Source of the DNA: Thermoplasmata archaeon
GTDB taxonomy: Archaea; Thermoplasmatota; Thermoplasmata; Lutacidiplasmatales; UBA184
Assembly (NCBI GenBank): GCA_027365105.1
Contig: DAHXNZ010000008.1
Location: forward strand, 129-64,128
DNA: 64,000 nucleotides
Reading direction: 5' to 3'
Shown: one piece after another, positions 1 through 9,721 of the stretch
Numbering within the stretch: position 1 is the first letter of the stretch
Layout: every line of letters starts with the position of its first letter
Translations under genes and position numbers: made by a program
The notes under the pieces: generated by a model
Seen by the model: only the letters and a program-made list of their open reading frames with translations
Databases searched by the model: none
Told to the model about the DNA's origin: nothing

Positions 1-1
1 C

Positions 2-106
2 CCGACAGTAGTCCGCGAGCTGGAGCGATGGAAGGCCGAAGTAAAATCGTGGCCAATCACTCTTGACCCCCAAGACGCCCGAGAGCTACGGAGACGGCTC
101 CCCTAG
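2..106 (+). CDS. possible 3' end of a gene entering the window (PTVVRELERWKAEVKSWPITLDPQDARELRRRLP*)
   Basis: Frame open from the window edge to TAG at 104-106 and followed by a T-run; protein-like composition but no recognisable motif. Confidence 0.3.
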   Translation, partial: PTVVRELERWKAEVKSWPITLDPQDARELRRRLP

Positions 107-168
107 TTTTGTCCCAAGGTCCCCCATGCCCCCAAACCTTATGGCGATCAGGGATCGACGGCTGAGAA

Positions 169-1425
169 ATGTCTCTCCGTCTCCGCGACACCCGTACGGG
201 CACGGTCCGCCCCGTGACACCGGGGCAGCGGGGGCCGCTGGCCCTCTATGTCTGCGGCCCGACGGTCTACGAATCTGCCCATGTCGGCCACGGCCGCACC
301 TACCTCTATTTCGACCTCCTCCGCCGGAGCCTGGAAGAGGGAGGAACCCCGGTCCGCCACATCATGAATATCACCGACTTTGAGGACAAGGTCGACGTGC
401 GGGCGGCCGAGCTCGGGCTCACTTGGAAGCAGCTCGCCCGCCAGGAGGAGCGACGGTTCCTCTCCGACCTCCGCCGATTCGGGGCGCGGATGCCCCACGC
501 CACCCCAAGGGCGAGCGACTTCGTTTCCCGGATGGTTGAAGTCGCCCGTCGGCTGGATCGGACGGGCCGGGTCCACCGCCAAGGGGACTCCTGGTTTTAC
601 ACGCCCCCCACCCGGTCGCGGTGGAAGAACTTCCCCATCGCGGGCGAGCTAGCCCAGCACGCGGTTCCCGAGCCCGGCCACCCGCTGACGGAGGCGGACG
701 GTCGGTCCTTCATGGTCTGGAAACTCCAGCGCCCGCCCCTGCCCTCCTGGCCCAGCCCCTGGGGTCCCGGAACCCCTGGCTGGCAGCTGGAGTGCTACGC
801 GATGGCGAGCCGATACCTCGGGATGCCGGTCGATCTTCATGGGGGAGGGCAGGATCTGATCTACCCGCACCACTTTGCGGGCAACGAGATTGCCTTCGCG
901 TTGGACCGGGCCCCCTTCTCGAGGGTCTTCTTCCACGGAGCCTTCGTCCTGCGCGACGGCCGGAAGATGTCGAAATCCCTACGGAACCTGGTCCCCTTGG
1001 CCCGGCCCTTGCGCGAGGTCGGTCCCGGCCCGCTCCGATGGTACCTCGCCGGACCGGCCCCCACGGAGAAGCTCGAATGGGACCCCCGCCGGCTGCGCCG
1101 GGCGGCCGAGAGCTTTGCCATCGTCCGGGAGACCCTGGAGGGGCTCGCCGGACCGGCCCCCGAAGGTGCCGTCGGGGGCGCGGACCTGCATCGGCTCGCG
1201 GACGGGGTCCAACGGGACCTCGAAGGCGGCTTCCGACCCGACCTCGCGCAGCGCCGGATCCTCGCGTTCGTCCAGGCGAGCCGCCGCCGATCCGCCCCGG
1301 GGCTCCGCCGCGGGGATCGACGGGCCGCCCGGAGCGCCATCGCCCGGATCGAGCGGCTGACCGGACTGGTCTTCGGGGCGTCGGACCGACGCCGCCCGGG
1401 GCTCAGAGCCCGGTCCGATCGATGA
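169..1425 (+). CDS. cysteinyl-tRNA synthetase-like class I ligase (truncated, divergent)
   Basis: CGPTVY..HVGH (HIGH), NITD, PGWQLEC, DLHGGGQDLIYPHH and KMSKS motifs; no recognisable C-terminal anticodon-binding domain. Confidence 0.85.
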   Translation: MSLRLRDTRTGTVRPVTPGQRGPLALYVCGPTVYESAHVGHGRTYLYFDLLRRSLEEGGTPVRHIMNITDFEDKVDVRAAELGLTWKQLARQEERRFLSDLRRFGARMPHATPRASDFVSRMVEVARRLDRTGRVHRQGDSWFYTPPTRSRWKNFPIAGELAQHAVPEPGHPLTEADGRSFMVWKLQRPPLPSWPSPWGPGTPGWQLECYAMASRYLGMPVDLHGGGQDLIYPHHFAGNEIAFALDRAPFSRVFFHGAFVLRDGRKMSKSLRNLVPLARPLREVGPGPLRWYLAGPAPTEKLEWDPRRLRRAAESFAIVRETLEGLAGPAPEGAVGGADLHRLADGVQRDLEGGFRPDLAQRRILAFVQASRRRSAPGLRRGDRRAARSAIARIERLTGLVFGASDRRRPGLRARSDR

Positions 1426-2614
1426 CGGTCGCGAGACCGTTGCCTCCGCCCATGCAGAGCGTCGCCAGTCCGCAGCGTCCGTGGGCGTGGACCAGTTCGT
1501 GGATCAGGCTGACTACGATCCGGGCCCCGCTCGCCCCGATCGGGTGGCCGAGGGCCACGGCTCCCCCATGGACGTTGAACCGGTCGTCCGGAATATCGAA
1601 GGTCCGCTGGACCGCGAGCGAGGCCGAACTGAACGCCTCGTTATGCTCCACCCGGTCGAACCGGTCGACCGTCCACCCGGTCTGGGCGAGGAGTTTGCGG
1701 ATCGTTGGGATGGGGGCCTCCATGACCTCGGAAGGGTGGACCCCCGACTCGACCCAGGCCTGGATCCACGCCAGTGGTCGGGCCCCGCGACGATCGACCT
1801 CCGCTTCGCTGGCGAGGACGAGGGCCGCGGCGCCGTCCGAGAGCTGGGAGGAGTTGCCCGCGGTGAGGAGCCCATCCGGGCGAAAGACCGGTCGCAGCTG
1901 AGCGAGCCGTTCGAGGCTGGTCGTCGGCCGGGGGCCCTCATCGTGGTCCAACGCGGGGCTGCCGTCGACGATCCCGGCGGGCACGGGGACGATCTCGGAG
2001 GCAAAGCTCCCGTCCCGATGGGCCGCGACCGCCCGCTCGTTGCTCCGCAAGGCGAACCGGTCCAGGTCGGCCCGGGTCAGGTGGAACTTCTGCGCGATCC
2101 GCTCCCCGGTAAGCCCCATGAGCTCGTGTTCCCCGTAGGCGTCCCGGAGCGCGTCGTGCTGGACGGCGTCCTCGAGGGTCTGCGCACCGTACCCGAGCCC
2201 CCGGCGGGCTTCCGGCATGAGGAGATACGGCGACCCGGACATGCTTTCCATGCCACCCACCACGACGAGGTCGGACTCACCGGACCGGACGGCCAGGCTG
2301 CCCCAGTGCAGCGCCTTCATGCCGGAGCCGCAGACCATGTTGACGGTCGCGGCCCCGACGGAGTCGGGGATGCTGGCCCCGCGAAGGACCTGCCGGGCCG
2401 GGTTCTGGCCGGCCCCGGCCTGGATGCCCTGGCCGAAGAGCAGTTCCTCCACTTCATCCGGCCGGACTCCGGCCCGGTCGAGAGCTTCCCGGACCACCAG
2501 GGTGCCGAGCGTGGTCGCCGGCAACGATCGAAGCGCTCCGCCAAACTTCCCGATGGGGGTCCGGACCGCCGAAAGGACGGCGACCCGGGGGTGCGGCTCG
2601 GGCGACTCGACCAT
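1403..2614 (-). CDS. acetyl-CoA C-acyltransferase (thiolase)
   Basis: RTPIGKFGG, NMVCGSG (catalytic Cys), NEAF, GHPIGASG and CMGGG motifs. Confidence 0.95.
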   Translation of the reverse strand: MVESPEPHPRVAVLSAVRTPIGKFGGALRSLPATTLGTLVVREALDRAGVRPDEVEELLFGQGIQAGAGQNPARQVLRGASIPDSVGAATVNMVCGSGMKALHWGSLAVRSGESDLVVVGGMESMSGSPYLLMPEARRGLGYGAQTLEDAVQHDALRDAYGEHELMGLTGERIAQKFHLTRADLDRFALRSNERAVAAHRDGSFASEIVPVPAGIVDGSPALDHDEGPRPTTSLERLAQLRPVFRPDGLLTAGNSSQLSDGAAALVLASEAEVDRRGARPLAWIQAWVESGVHPSEVMEAPIPTIRKLLAQTGWTVDRFDRVEHNEAFSSASLAVQRTFDIPDDRFNVHGGAVALGHPIGASGARIVVSLIHELVHAHGRCGLATLCMGGGNGLATVIDRTGL

Positions 2615-2643
2615 CGGCCCCTCCTCGGCGGGCGACGACCCCT

Positions 2644-3384
2644 CTACTCCTCTTCGACTCGGGGCGCGAGGAGGAACTCCCCCGTGCCCTTCTGCTGGGC
2701 GACCGGAAACTCGATCTTCAGGGGATACTCATTGCCGACGTGGAGCGTGACCTCGTCGGCCGAGCCGATCGACTTCATCATCGCCGAGAAGAAGTCGAGC
2801 GGGTACATGCTCTTGACCCGGTCCTTCGCCTCGATGCGGACGAGGCCATCCGCCGTCGTGAGACGCATGTCCATCCGGTCGGTCTCGCTCTCGGAATGGA
2901 GGGTAAAGGAGTCCGAGTCCAGTTCGAGGATCACGTTATCGGCGATGCTCTCGCTCCCCCGGATCCCCTGGCGGAGCTCCTCCATCCGGACCACCGCCTT
3001 CGCCGGAGGATTGACCGTGGGAACCTTGGGGTCGGTCAGGCTGGCCGGGTCGACGAGCGACATGGCCCGGACCACCTTGCCCACGCGGGTGACCAGCGGG
3101 TTCTTGCCGCCGTCGTACTGGAGCGAGATCGAGTCGCCCGGCTTGGAGAGGCGGAGCACATCCTTGAACCGCTCCATATCCACGCCGATCTCGGTCGGCT
3201 CGCCGGTGAACTCCTCGAAGGCGGAGGGACTCAACCGGAGGAGGAGCATGGCCACATGGGAGGGGTCGACGGCCTTGACCTCGAGGCCGTCTTTGGAGAT
3301 GGCAAATTTGGCTTCGGAGACGAGGGTGGAAACCGCTTCGACCACCTCGCGCAGGACCTCCATTCGGATTCGAGCCTTGAACAT
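2644..3384 (-). CDS. pcn: DNA polymerase sliding clamp PCNA
   Basis: MFKARI..., AVDPSHVAM and C-terminal FLLAPRVEEE; start re-picked at ATG 3384. Confidence 0.95.
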   Translation of the reverse strand: MFKARIRMEVLREVVEAVSTLVSEAKFAISKDGLEVKAVDPSHVAMLLLRLSPSAFEEFTGEPTEIGVDMERFKDVLRLSKPGDSISLQYDGGKNPLVTRVGKVVRAMSLVDPASLTDPKVPTVNPPAKAVVRMEELRQGIRGSESIADNVILELDSDSFTLHSESETDRMDMRLTTADGLVRIEAKDRVKSMYPLDFFSAMMKSIGSADEVTLHVGNEYPLKIEFPVAQQKGTGEFLLAPRVEEE

Positions 3385-3544
3385 TGGGAAACCCGGCCGA
3401 CCCACGCAGCCCCGCTCTAAATAGGTTGCCTTGACCGAGGAGAGCGCCCCCTCGGGAACGCCGGCGGCCGACGGCCATGGGCGGCCCCCCGCAAGCGACT
3501 TCCCCCGGCAGTGCTGACGGAGTCCCGCCGGGGCTGAGGCGACC

Positions 3545-4294
3545 ATGCCGACCGAACTTGCCTACCTGTCGGATTTCGACTCGGCTTACCTCCGACAATT
3601 CCGTGCCCGGGTGGTCGGGCGGCCCCCGGGGGCGATCGTCCTCGATCGGACCTACTTCTACCCGACGGGAGGCGGCCAGCCGTCCGACCTCGGTTGGCTC
3701 CGACGCCCGACCGGCGAAGCACTCCCGATCCGCGAGGTCTACCGCCAGGGCGGGGTCGTCTTCCACCGGTACCGGGGCTCTCCCCAGGTCGCCGGGGGAT
3801 TCGTGCCGGGCACCGAGGTCGAAGGGAGCATCGACTGGGACCGGCGGTACGCCCACATGCGCCTCCACACCGGCCAGCACCTGTTGAGTGGGCTCATCTT
3901 TGCCCGGACCGGTCGGAGGACCGTGCGCGCACGGCTGGAGTCGCCGAACGCGACGATCGAACTGGACGCCCCACTCTCCCCCTCCGGGGCCCCCGCGCTC
4001 CAAGATGAGTTCGATCGGATCGCGCGGGAGAATCGCCCCCTCCGGATCCGGCACCTCCCCCGGTCGGAGTGGGATCGCGACCGGACCGGCCGGGCCAGTG
4101 GGATCGAGCTCGCGGCCGCCGTGGACCCGGTCCGAATCATCGAGATCGACGGACTCGATTCGTGCCCCTGCGGTGGCACCCACGTCCGCTCGGTGGCCGA
4201 GGTCGCGCCTGCCGCCGTGGCGGCGCGCTCGGAGACCGGCGACCGATGGGGCCTCAGCCTTTCGGCGCGGCCGCCGACCACTCGGCCCGGGTGA
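3545..4294 (+). CDS. alaX: AlaX-type alanyl-tRNA editing protein
   Basis: LDRTYFYPTGGGQPSD; HTGQH and CGGTH zinc motifs. Confidence 0.9.
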   Translation: MPTELAYLSDFDSAYLRQFRARVVGRPPGAIVLDRTYFYPTGGGQPSDLGWLRRPTGEALPIREVYRQGGVVFHRYRGSPQVAGGFVPGTEVEGSIDWDRRYAHMRLHTGQHLLSGLIFARTGRRTVRARLESPNATIELDAPLSPSGAPALQDEFDRIARENRPLRIRHLPRSEWDRDRTGRASGIELAAAVDPVRIIEIDGLDSCPCGGTHVRSVAEVAPAAVAARSETGDRWGLSLSARPPTTRPG

Positions 4295-4820
4295 TTCCGT
4301 AGACCAAGACGTCGTGCCAGCCCCCGTGGTGGAAGAGGGCCCGGGCCAGACGACCCTCCTGGCGCAGCTTCAGCCGTTCGAGCAGCCGGAACGACGGGAC
4401 GTTCTCGACGTCGCAGGTGGCGCCGATCCGTTCGATCCTCTGGGTGCGGAACAGGTGATCGATCATGAGCCGGACCGCCTCGGTCCCCAAGCCCCGCCCG
4501 CGCCGCTCCCGATCCCCGACCACATACCACACGTCGAGGAACTCCAGGATCGGGTGGGGCGCGTAGAAGCCGACGAATCCGAGCGTCCGGCCGTCGGTTC
4601 GCTCCTCCACGATCCACCGGGGGGCGACGGACCGGGGGTCCCCGGGGGCCGATTCGATGGCGGCGACGAACGATTCCCAGGTGTCGATCTCGAACCGGTC
4701 AAAGGGCGCGACGATCTCGGCGTCATTGTACCAACGGAACACGGCCAGATAGTCGGCCTCGGTGGGGGGCCGGAGCCGGACTTGAGGACCCTCGAGGGTC
4801 GGTTCGCCCACCTGCGCCAT
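4254..4820 (-). CDS. RimJ/RimL-family GNAT N-acetyltransferase
   Basis: RGRGLGTEA, N.PS.RLLE and EGRL motifs. Confidence 0.85.
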   Translation of the reverse strand: MAQVGEPTLEGPQVRLRPPTEADYLAVFRWYNDAEIVAPFDRFEIDTWESFVAAIESAPGDPRSVAPRWIVEERTDGRTLGFVGFYAPHPILEFLDVWYVVGDRERRGRGLGTEAVRLMIDHLFRTQRIERIGATCDVENVPSFRLLERLKLRQEGRLARALFHHGGWHDVLVYGITRAEWSAAAPKG

Positions 4821-4863
4821 GCACTTCCTACCGGCCGAGCCGACCCGACCCGGAGGCCACCCT

Positions 4864-4873
4864 CCCTTAAATA
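4864..4873 (+). promoter_or_regulatory. TATA-like box (CCCTTAAATA) upstream of the epimerase gene
   Basis: AT-rich island about 30 nt before ATG 4901 in a very GC-rich background. Confidence 0.5.
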
Positions 4874-4900
4874 CGGCGTCCTCCGTCCGCCTCCCCACTC

Positions 4901-5869
4901 ATGGCCGCAGCCGGAGCGAAGGGACCGGTCGTCGTGACGGGCGGTGCCGGGGCGATCGGGGCCGTTCTGGTCCGGGCCCTCCTGGCCGAGGGACGGGAAG
5001 TCCGGGTCATCGACAACCTTTCGGGGGGACGGATGGAGCACCTCGCCGACATCGCGGCCGATCCTCGATTGTCGTTCCTCCGGGCCGACCTGTCCGACCC
5101 CGACCGCTACCAGGAGCGGTTCCGCGGCGCCTCCGAGGTCTGGCACCTGGCGGCCAACGCCGACATCCAGAAGGGGACGGCCGATCCGGGGATCGATCTG
5201 CGCGAGGGCCTGCTCAACGCCTTCCGGGTAATGGAGGCGGCCCGCAACCACGGGGTGGCCAAGCTCCTCTTTTCCTCCTCGAGCGTCGTCTACGGGCAGC
5301 CGACAGTCTTCCCGACTCCAGAGGGGTATGGGCCTCTCCTCCCCGAGTCGATCTACGGCGCCTCCAAGCTCTCGGTGGAGGCGTTCCTCTCGGCGTTTGC
5401 CCATTCCTACGGGCTCAAGACCTACCTCTTCCGCTTCGCCAACATCATCGGCCCCTTCATGACCCACGGAGTGATCTACGATTTCTTCGAGAAGCTTCGG
5501 CGGGATCCGACTCGGTTGGAGGTGCTCGGCGACGGCCGCCAGGCCAAGAGCTACCTTCGGAGCGAAGACTGCGTCGCCGGGATGATCTTCGTCCGGGACC
5601 GCGCCGCCGCCCCGGTCAACGTGTTCAATCTCGGCGCCCGAGACCGGATCAGCGTACGGGAGATCGCCGAGCGGGTCGTCGCGGTCCATGGAGGCCGGGC
5701 CCGGATCGAGTACACGGGAGGAGATCGCGGCTGGGTCGGGGACGTTCCCCAGCAGCTCCTGGATATCGCCAAGGTCGAACGGCTCGGGTGGGCCCCGACC
5801 CTCACGAGCGCCGGCGCGGTCGACCGGACGATCGCCGAGCTGGCCCGGGAGCGGGGCGTCGGACGCTGA
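4901..5869 (+). CDS. NAD-dependent epimerase/dehydratase (UDP-glucose 4-epimerase-like)
   Basis: TGGAGAIG, SSSVVYG and YGASK motifs. Confidence 0.9.
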   Translation: MAAAGAKGPVVVTGGAGAIGAVLVRALLAEGREVRVIDNLSGGRMEHLADIAADPRLSFLRADLSDPDRYQERFRGASEVWHLAANADIQKGTADPGIDLREGLLNAFRVMEAARNHGVAKLLFSSSSVVYGQPTVFPTPEGYGPLLPESIYGASKLSVEAFLSAFAHSYGLKTYLFRFANIIGPFMTHGVIYDFFEKLRRDPTRLEVLGDGRQAKSYLRSEDCVAGMIFVRDRAAAPVNVFNLGARDRISVREIAERVVAVHGGRARIEYTGGDRGWVGDVPQQLLDIAKVERLGWAPTLTSAGAVDRTIAELARERGVGR

Positions 5870-5876
5870 GACGATC

Positions 5877-6944
5877 ATGCCGGGACTCCCCCGACGACCC
5901 GGTGCGGTGACGGTGATCGTCACCGTCCTACGGGATCCCAGGGTCGAGCGGACCCTCGACTCCCTGCGGCGGCAGAATCGTCCCCCCGATCGGATCCTGG
6001 TCGACGATGGGGGAGGGGAGGGGCCGGTCCGGGAGATCACCCGACGGCTGGCGGCCGAGGATCCCCGAATCGTCTACCTCGACGCCCCGGGGTCGATTCC
6101 GGAGAGCCGAAACCGGGCGCTCCGCGAGGTCGATACCGAGTGGGTCGCCTTTCTCGACGCGGATGAGGTCGCCCCGGTCGCATGGCTGGAGAAGCTCCTC
6201 GAGCCCTTGACCGACCCCGCGGTGGGGTTCGCGGGCGGGCCGACCCCGGCGTTGGACGGCACCGCCCGGACCGTGGGGGCCCGGTACTACGACGCTTACC
6301 TGCGACGCTTCTACGAGACCGTGGCCCGGAGCCACCCCCACGCCCTTCCCATGGGGAACAGCGCATGGAAGACCGAAGTCTTCGACCGGGTCGGCCTGCT
6401 CGACACGACGCTCTACGAGCGGGCGGCGAGCGAGGACCAGGAGATGGCTCTCCGGGCCCTTCGGGCCGGCTACCAGGGGGTCTACGTGCCCGAGGCGTGG
6501 GTCGCTCACGACTTCTCGGATCTGACCCTCGCTCGCTGGCTCGCCAAGCAGAGCCGCTACGCGCTCGGAGGGTACGTGGTATGGCGGCGGCATGGGTCGA
6601 CCTACGAAGCCCGCCCGGGGGGGCTCCTCCCCTACATCGCCCCCCCCGCGCTGGTCGCCCTAGGAGCCCTGCTTCTTCCTTGGCCGCTGCTCCGGGTCCC
6701 CGGTGAGATCCTCCTGGTGGGGGGCGGACTCCTCTGGCTCGGGGTCGTTGTGGGTCTTGCTCTTCAGGGGTGGATCTGGGAGCGCGTCTACCCCGGGATG
6801 CGGTATCGTCCCGTCGAGTTCCTCCGCCGCTGGGCGACGCTCCTGGGGGCGGCGCGGGGGTTTCTCCGGTACGGGAGGCGCGGCTACGGTCGGAGCCCAC
6901 CGGGCTCCGGCCCTCCGGGGAGATCGACTCCCATGGTCCGGTAA
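5877..6944 (+). CDS. GT2-family glycosyltransferase with C-terminal membrane helices
   Basis: VDDG, SRN, FLDAD (DxD) and SED motifs; hydrophobic C-terminus. Confidence 0.85.
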   Translation: MPGLPRRPGAVTVIVTVLRDPRVERTLDSLRRQNRPPDRILVDDGGGEGPVREITRRLAAEDPRIVYLDAPGSIPESRNRALREVDTEWVAFLDADEVAPVAWLEKLLEPLTDPAVGFAGGPTPALDGTARTVGARYYDAYLRRFYETVARSHPHALPMGNSAWKTEVFDRVGLLDTTLYERAASEDQEMALRALRAGYQGVYVPEAWVAHDFSDLTLARWLAKQSRYALGGYVVWRRHGSTYEARPGGLLPYIAPPALVALGALLLPWPLLRVPGEILLVGGGLLWLGVVVGLALQGWIWERVYPGMRYRPVEFLRRWATLLGAARGFLRYGRRGYGRSPPGSGPPGRSTPMVR

Positions 6945-7000
6945 TCGGCCCGGTCGCGAACGGACCCGCGGACGACCCGTACCTGAGGTGGCGCCCTTGG

Positions 7001-7011
7001 AAAACCTTAAA
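7001..7011 (+). promoter_or_regulatory. BRE/TATA-like element (AAAACCTTAAA) for the FKBP gene
   Basis: About 25 nt upstream of ATG 7035, consistent with a leaderless transcript. Confidence 0.55.
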
Positions 7012-7034
7012 CCCGAGGGGGTCTCGGCGCGGGG

Positions 7035-7820
7035 ATGACCAGCCCCTCCACAGTAGACCAGACCCCGGTGAAAGCGGGCGAACTGGTTTCGCTGGACTAC
7101 GAGATCTGGGCCGAAGGCGGAGGCCGAACCAACCTCATCGACACGACCCGCGAGGAGGTCGCCCAGCAGGCGGGGGCCGAGCGAGGGGACGGTACCCACT
7201 TTGCCCCGCGACCCCATCTGATCGGGGGCGAGTTCTTCCCCTCAGGGATCGAGAAGGGCCTGGAAGGGCTTGTGCCCGGCCAGGAGGTCACCAAGACCTT
7301 TGCTCCCGCGGAAGCGTTCGGCGAACGGGATCCCAAGCTCATCGAGCTTTTCGGCATGCACGAGATCCAGCGGCTGCCCGAGATGCGCCGGGAGGACGCG
7401 CGGCTTGACATCGGCACGGTGCTGACGATCCGGGGACGCCGCGGCCGCGTGGTCAGCCTGACCGCGGCCCGAGTGCGGGTCGACTTCAATCCCCCGTACG
7501 CCGGCCGGACCGTCCGCGGTACGTTCAAGGTGCTGTCCCGCATCGACAGCGCGGCCGACCAGGCCCGGGCCATGATCGAGCTCCACTACGGCCACGGAGC
7601 CGAGTTCCGGGTCGAGATGGAAGGATCGATCCTCACGGTCCACCTTCCGGACCGGGCCAAGTTCGACCTTGCCTGGGTGGCGACGAAGCCTCGCCTGATC
7701 GAGGCGCTCCGCCGGCAGGTTCACCCCAAGGAGATCCGGATCGTCGAGGAGTTTGTAACCCCGGAACCCCCGGCGACTCCCCCCGTCGAGACCCCTCCGG
7801 CCAGCCCGCCTCCGACCTGA
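7035..7820 (+). CDS. long-type archaeal FKBP peptidyl-prolyl isomerase (SlyD-like)
   Basis: IDTT, AEAFGERD and VDFNPPYAG motifs. Confidence 0.9.
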   Translation: MTSPSTVDQTPVKAGELVSLDYEIWAEGGGRTNLIDTTREEVAQQAGAERGDGTHFAPRPHLIGGEFFPSGIEKGLEGLVPGQEVTKTFAPAEAFGERDPKLIELFGMHEIQRLPEMRREDARLDIGTVLTIRGRRGRVVSLTAARVRVDFNPPYAGRTVRGTFKVLSRIDSAADQARAMIELHYGHGAEFRVEMEGSILTVHLPDRAKFDLAWVATKPRLIEALRRQVHPKEIRIVEEFVTPEPPATPPVETPPASPPPT

Positions 7821-7886
7821 GGCCCCCGCCTCTGCGGACCGGAGTACCAACCGAGGGCTCTTGAACCCGGCCTCCGTCGCCGACGT

Positions 7887-8036
7887 ATGAGTTGGTGGAC
7901 CGAGAACTACACCGCGGAACAGCGTCGCTTCATCCTCGGGGCTTTCGTTGTCGGCTTCGTGGCGGCCGGCCTCATCATCTATCTGGGTCTTTCGGGCATT
8001 CTCCTGGGTGGAATGCCTGGGCCGGTGACGCCGTGA
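7887..8036 (+). CDS. small single-pass membrane protein, 49 aa (not in ORF track)
   Basis: MSWWTENYTAEQRRFILGAFVVGFVAAGLIIYLGLSGILLGGMPGPVTP*; clear TM segment; fills an intergenic gap. Confidence 0.6.
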   Translation: MSWWTENYTAEQRRFILGAFVVGFVAAGLIIYLGLSGILLGGMPGPVTP

Positions 8037-8057
8037 GCCGTCGGCCGTCGAAACCGT

Positions 8058-8747
8058 TTAGTGACCGCGCGAGGTGACCGGATCGTGACGCTGGCCTCCG
8101 ACCGAGACGACTGGCGCATCTATGCCGGCTGGATCGCCGGGGCCGTCGTGATCGTGGCGGTCCTCCTGGTCGGGGCCGGATTCTGGATCTACTTCCACGG
8201 CTGACGGCAGGCTCTGGGGAACGACGTACAGGTGCAGCCGGTGGACCGGGTCCACCGCGCGGGCAGTCCATCCAGGGATCGGGTGGAAGTGGCTGACGAT
8301 CCGGAGTCCCGGCGGTAGGCCGGATCCCCACTCGGCCGCAAGCCGTTCCATCGCCCCGGGCCAGAGGAACGCGACGACCACCGTGGCGTCGTTCAGCCGA
8401 ACTCCGAACAGGTTGGCTCGCCGGATCTCGATCGCCTCCGGGCGGGGCGAGAACCGCCGCCGGCACCGCAGGATGGCGACACGCAGCGGCTCGATCTCGA
8501 CGCCCACGACCCTTCGGGCGCCGGCCCGCGCGGCCGCGAAGACCACCGAACCCGTACCGGCACCGAGGTCATAGACGACCTCGCCCGGGCCGATGCCCGC
8601 GAGGGCCAACAAGGCTTCGACCACCCTCCGGCTCGACGGCGCGTAGCCGGCCCCCCAGACGAACGAGAACAGGACGAAGTAGGCCAATAGGAGCGCCCCG
8701 ACGAGAGCTCCCCCCCAGAGGAGCAGGGCTCCCGTCCCGAGCGTCAT
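8058..8747 (-). CDS. membrane-anchored class I SAM-dependent methyltransferase
   Basis: N-terminal TM, GAGYAPS, VYDLGAGTG and VGVEI motifs. Confidence 0.85.
   Translation of the reverse strand: MTLGTGALLLWGGALVGALLLAYFVLFSFVWGAGYAPSSRRVVEALLALAGIGPGEVVYDLGAGTGSVVFAAARAGARRVVGVEIEPLRVAILRCRRRFSPRPEAIEIRRANLFGVRLNDATVVVAFLWPGAMERLAAEWGSGLPPGLRIVSHFHPIPGWTARAVDPVHRLHLYVVPQSLPSAVEVDPESGPDQEDRHDHDGPGDPAGIDAPVVSVGGQRHDPVTSRGH
8085..8204 (+). CDS. small single-pass membrane protein, 39 aa (not in ORF track)
   Basis: GTG start; MTLASDRDDWRIYAGWIAGAVVIVAVLLVGAGFWIYFHG*; GAGGTG SD-like motif at 8071-8076; strong GC3 codon bias. Confidence 0.6.
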   Translation: MTLASDRDDWRIYAGWIAGAVVIVAVLLVGAGFWIYFHG

Positions 8748-9721
8748 GTCGTCTTCGATCGGGGCCGGGCCGGGCCCTTCAGCAGGCGGCGGGCGGCCGA
8801 CGGGGGATCCAGGGTACCCCCGACCACGCGGTCGAGCAACCCGCGCACCTCGGGATCACTCTGGGCCCGGGGCAGCAGATCCTGTTCGACCCGGCGCTTC
8901 ATCAGGTCGAGGATCTCCTGGAGGGCCTGGCGACGGCGCAGGGGCCCCCGGAGTTCCTTCTCATCGAGGAACCGCTCGTGCCGCTCGATCGAGTTCCAGA
9001 GTTCCTCGATCCCGGCGGGGAGCGTGGTGGAGGTGGCCGTCACCAACGGCCTCCAGCCGTCCCGGGGCGTGCCGAATGCGACCAGTTCGACCAGGTCGCG
9101 CCGGGCTTGGTCGGCGCCCGGCAGGTCGGACTTGTTGACGCAGAAGACATCGGCAATCTCGAACAGACCGGCCTTGAGGGTCTGGACCTCGTCGCCCAGA
9201 TGGGGGATCAGCACCACCACGCTCGTGGACGCCACGTCCCGGATGTCGACGTCGACCTGGCCGCTGCCGACCGTCTCGACCAGGACGACATCGAACCCCG
9301 CAGCATCGAGGAGGCGGACCGTCCGGCGGGTGGCCAGGGCGATGCCTCCGGAGTAGCCCCGGCTGGCCATCGACCGGATGAACACCCCGGCGTCGCGATC
9401 CCCCCGTTCCATCCGGATCCGATCCCCGAGGACCGAGCCCCCCGAGAAGGGGCTGGAGGGGTCGACCGCGACCACCGCGACGCTCCGATGGATCGCCCGG
9501 AGGTGGGCGATGAGGCGGCTCACGAGGGAGGACTTCCCGACCCCCAACGGGCCGGTGATCCCGACCACGGTCGCCCGTCCGGTCCCCCCGTAGAGCGACC
9601 GCTCGACGGGGGCAAAGGTCGGATCGTCCTGCTCGATGCGGGAGATCGACTGCGCGAGGGTCCGCAGCTCCCGCCGACGGATCGCCCGCGCGGTCGTCGC
9701 TGTCGAATCGGCCCGGCTCAT
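8744..9721 (-). CDS. meaB: methylmalonyl-CoA mutase-associated GTPase MeaB/ArgK
   Basis: [35 protein letters not shown] and NKSD motifs. Confidence 0.95.
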   Translation of the reverse strand: MSRADSTATTARAIRRRELRTLAQSISRIEQDDPTFAPVERSLYGGTGRATVVGITGPLGVGKSSLVSRLIAHLRAIHRSVAVVAVDPSSPFSGGSVLGDRIRMERGDRDAGVFIRSMASRGYSGGIALATRRTVRLLDAAGFDVVLVETVGSGQVDVDIRDVASTSVVVLIPHLGDEVQTLKAGLFEIADVFCVNKSDLPGADQARRDLVELVAFGTPRDGWRPLVTATSTTLPAGIEELWNSIERHERFLDEKELRGPLRRRQALQEILDLMKRRVEQDLLPRAQSDPEVRGLLDRVVGGTLDPPSAARRLLKGPARPRSKTT

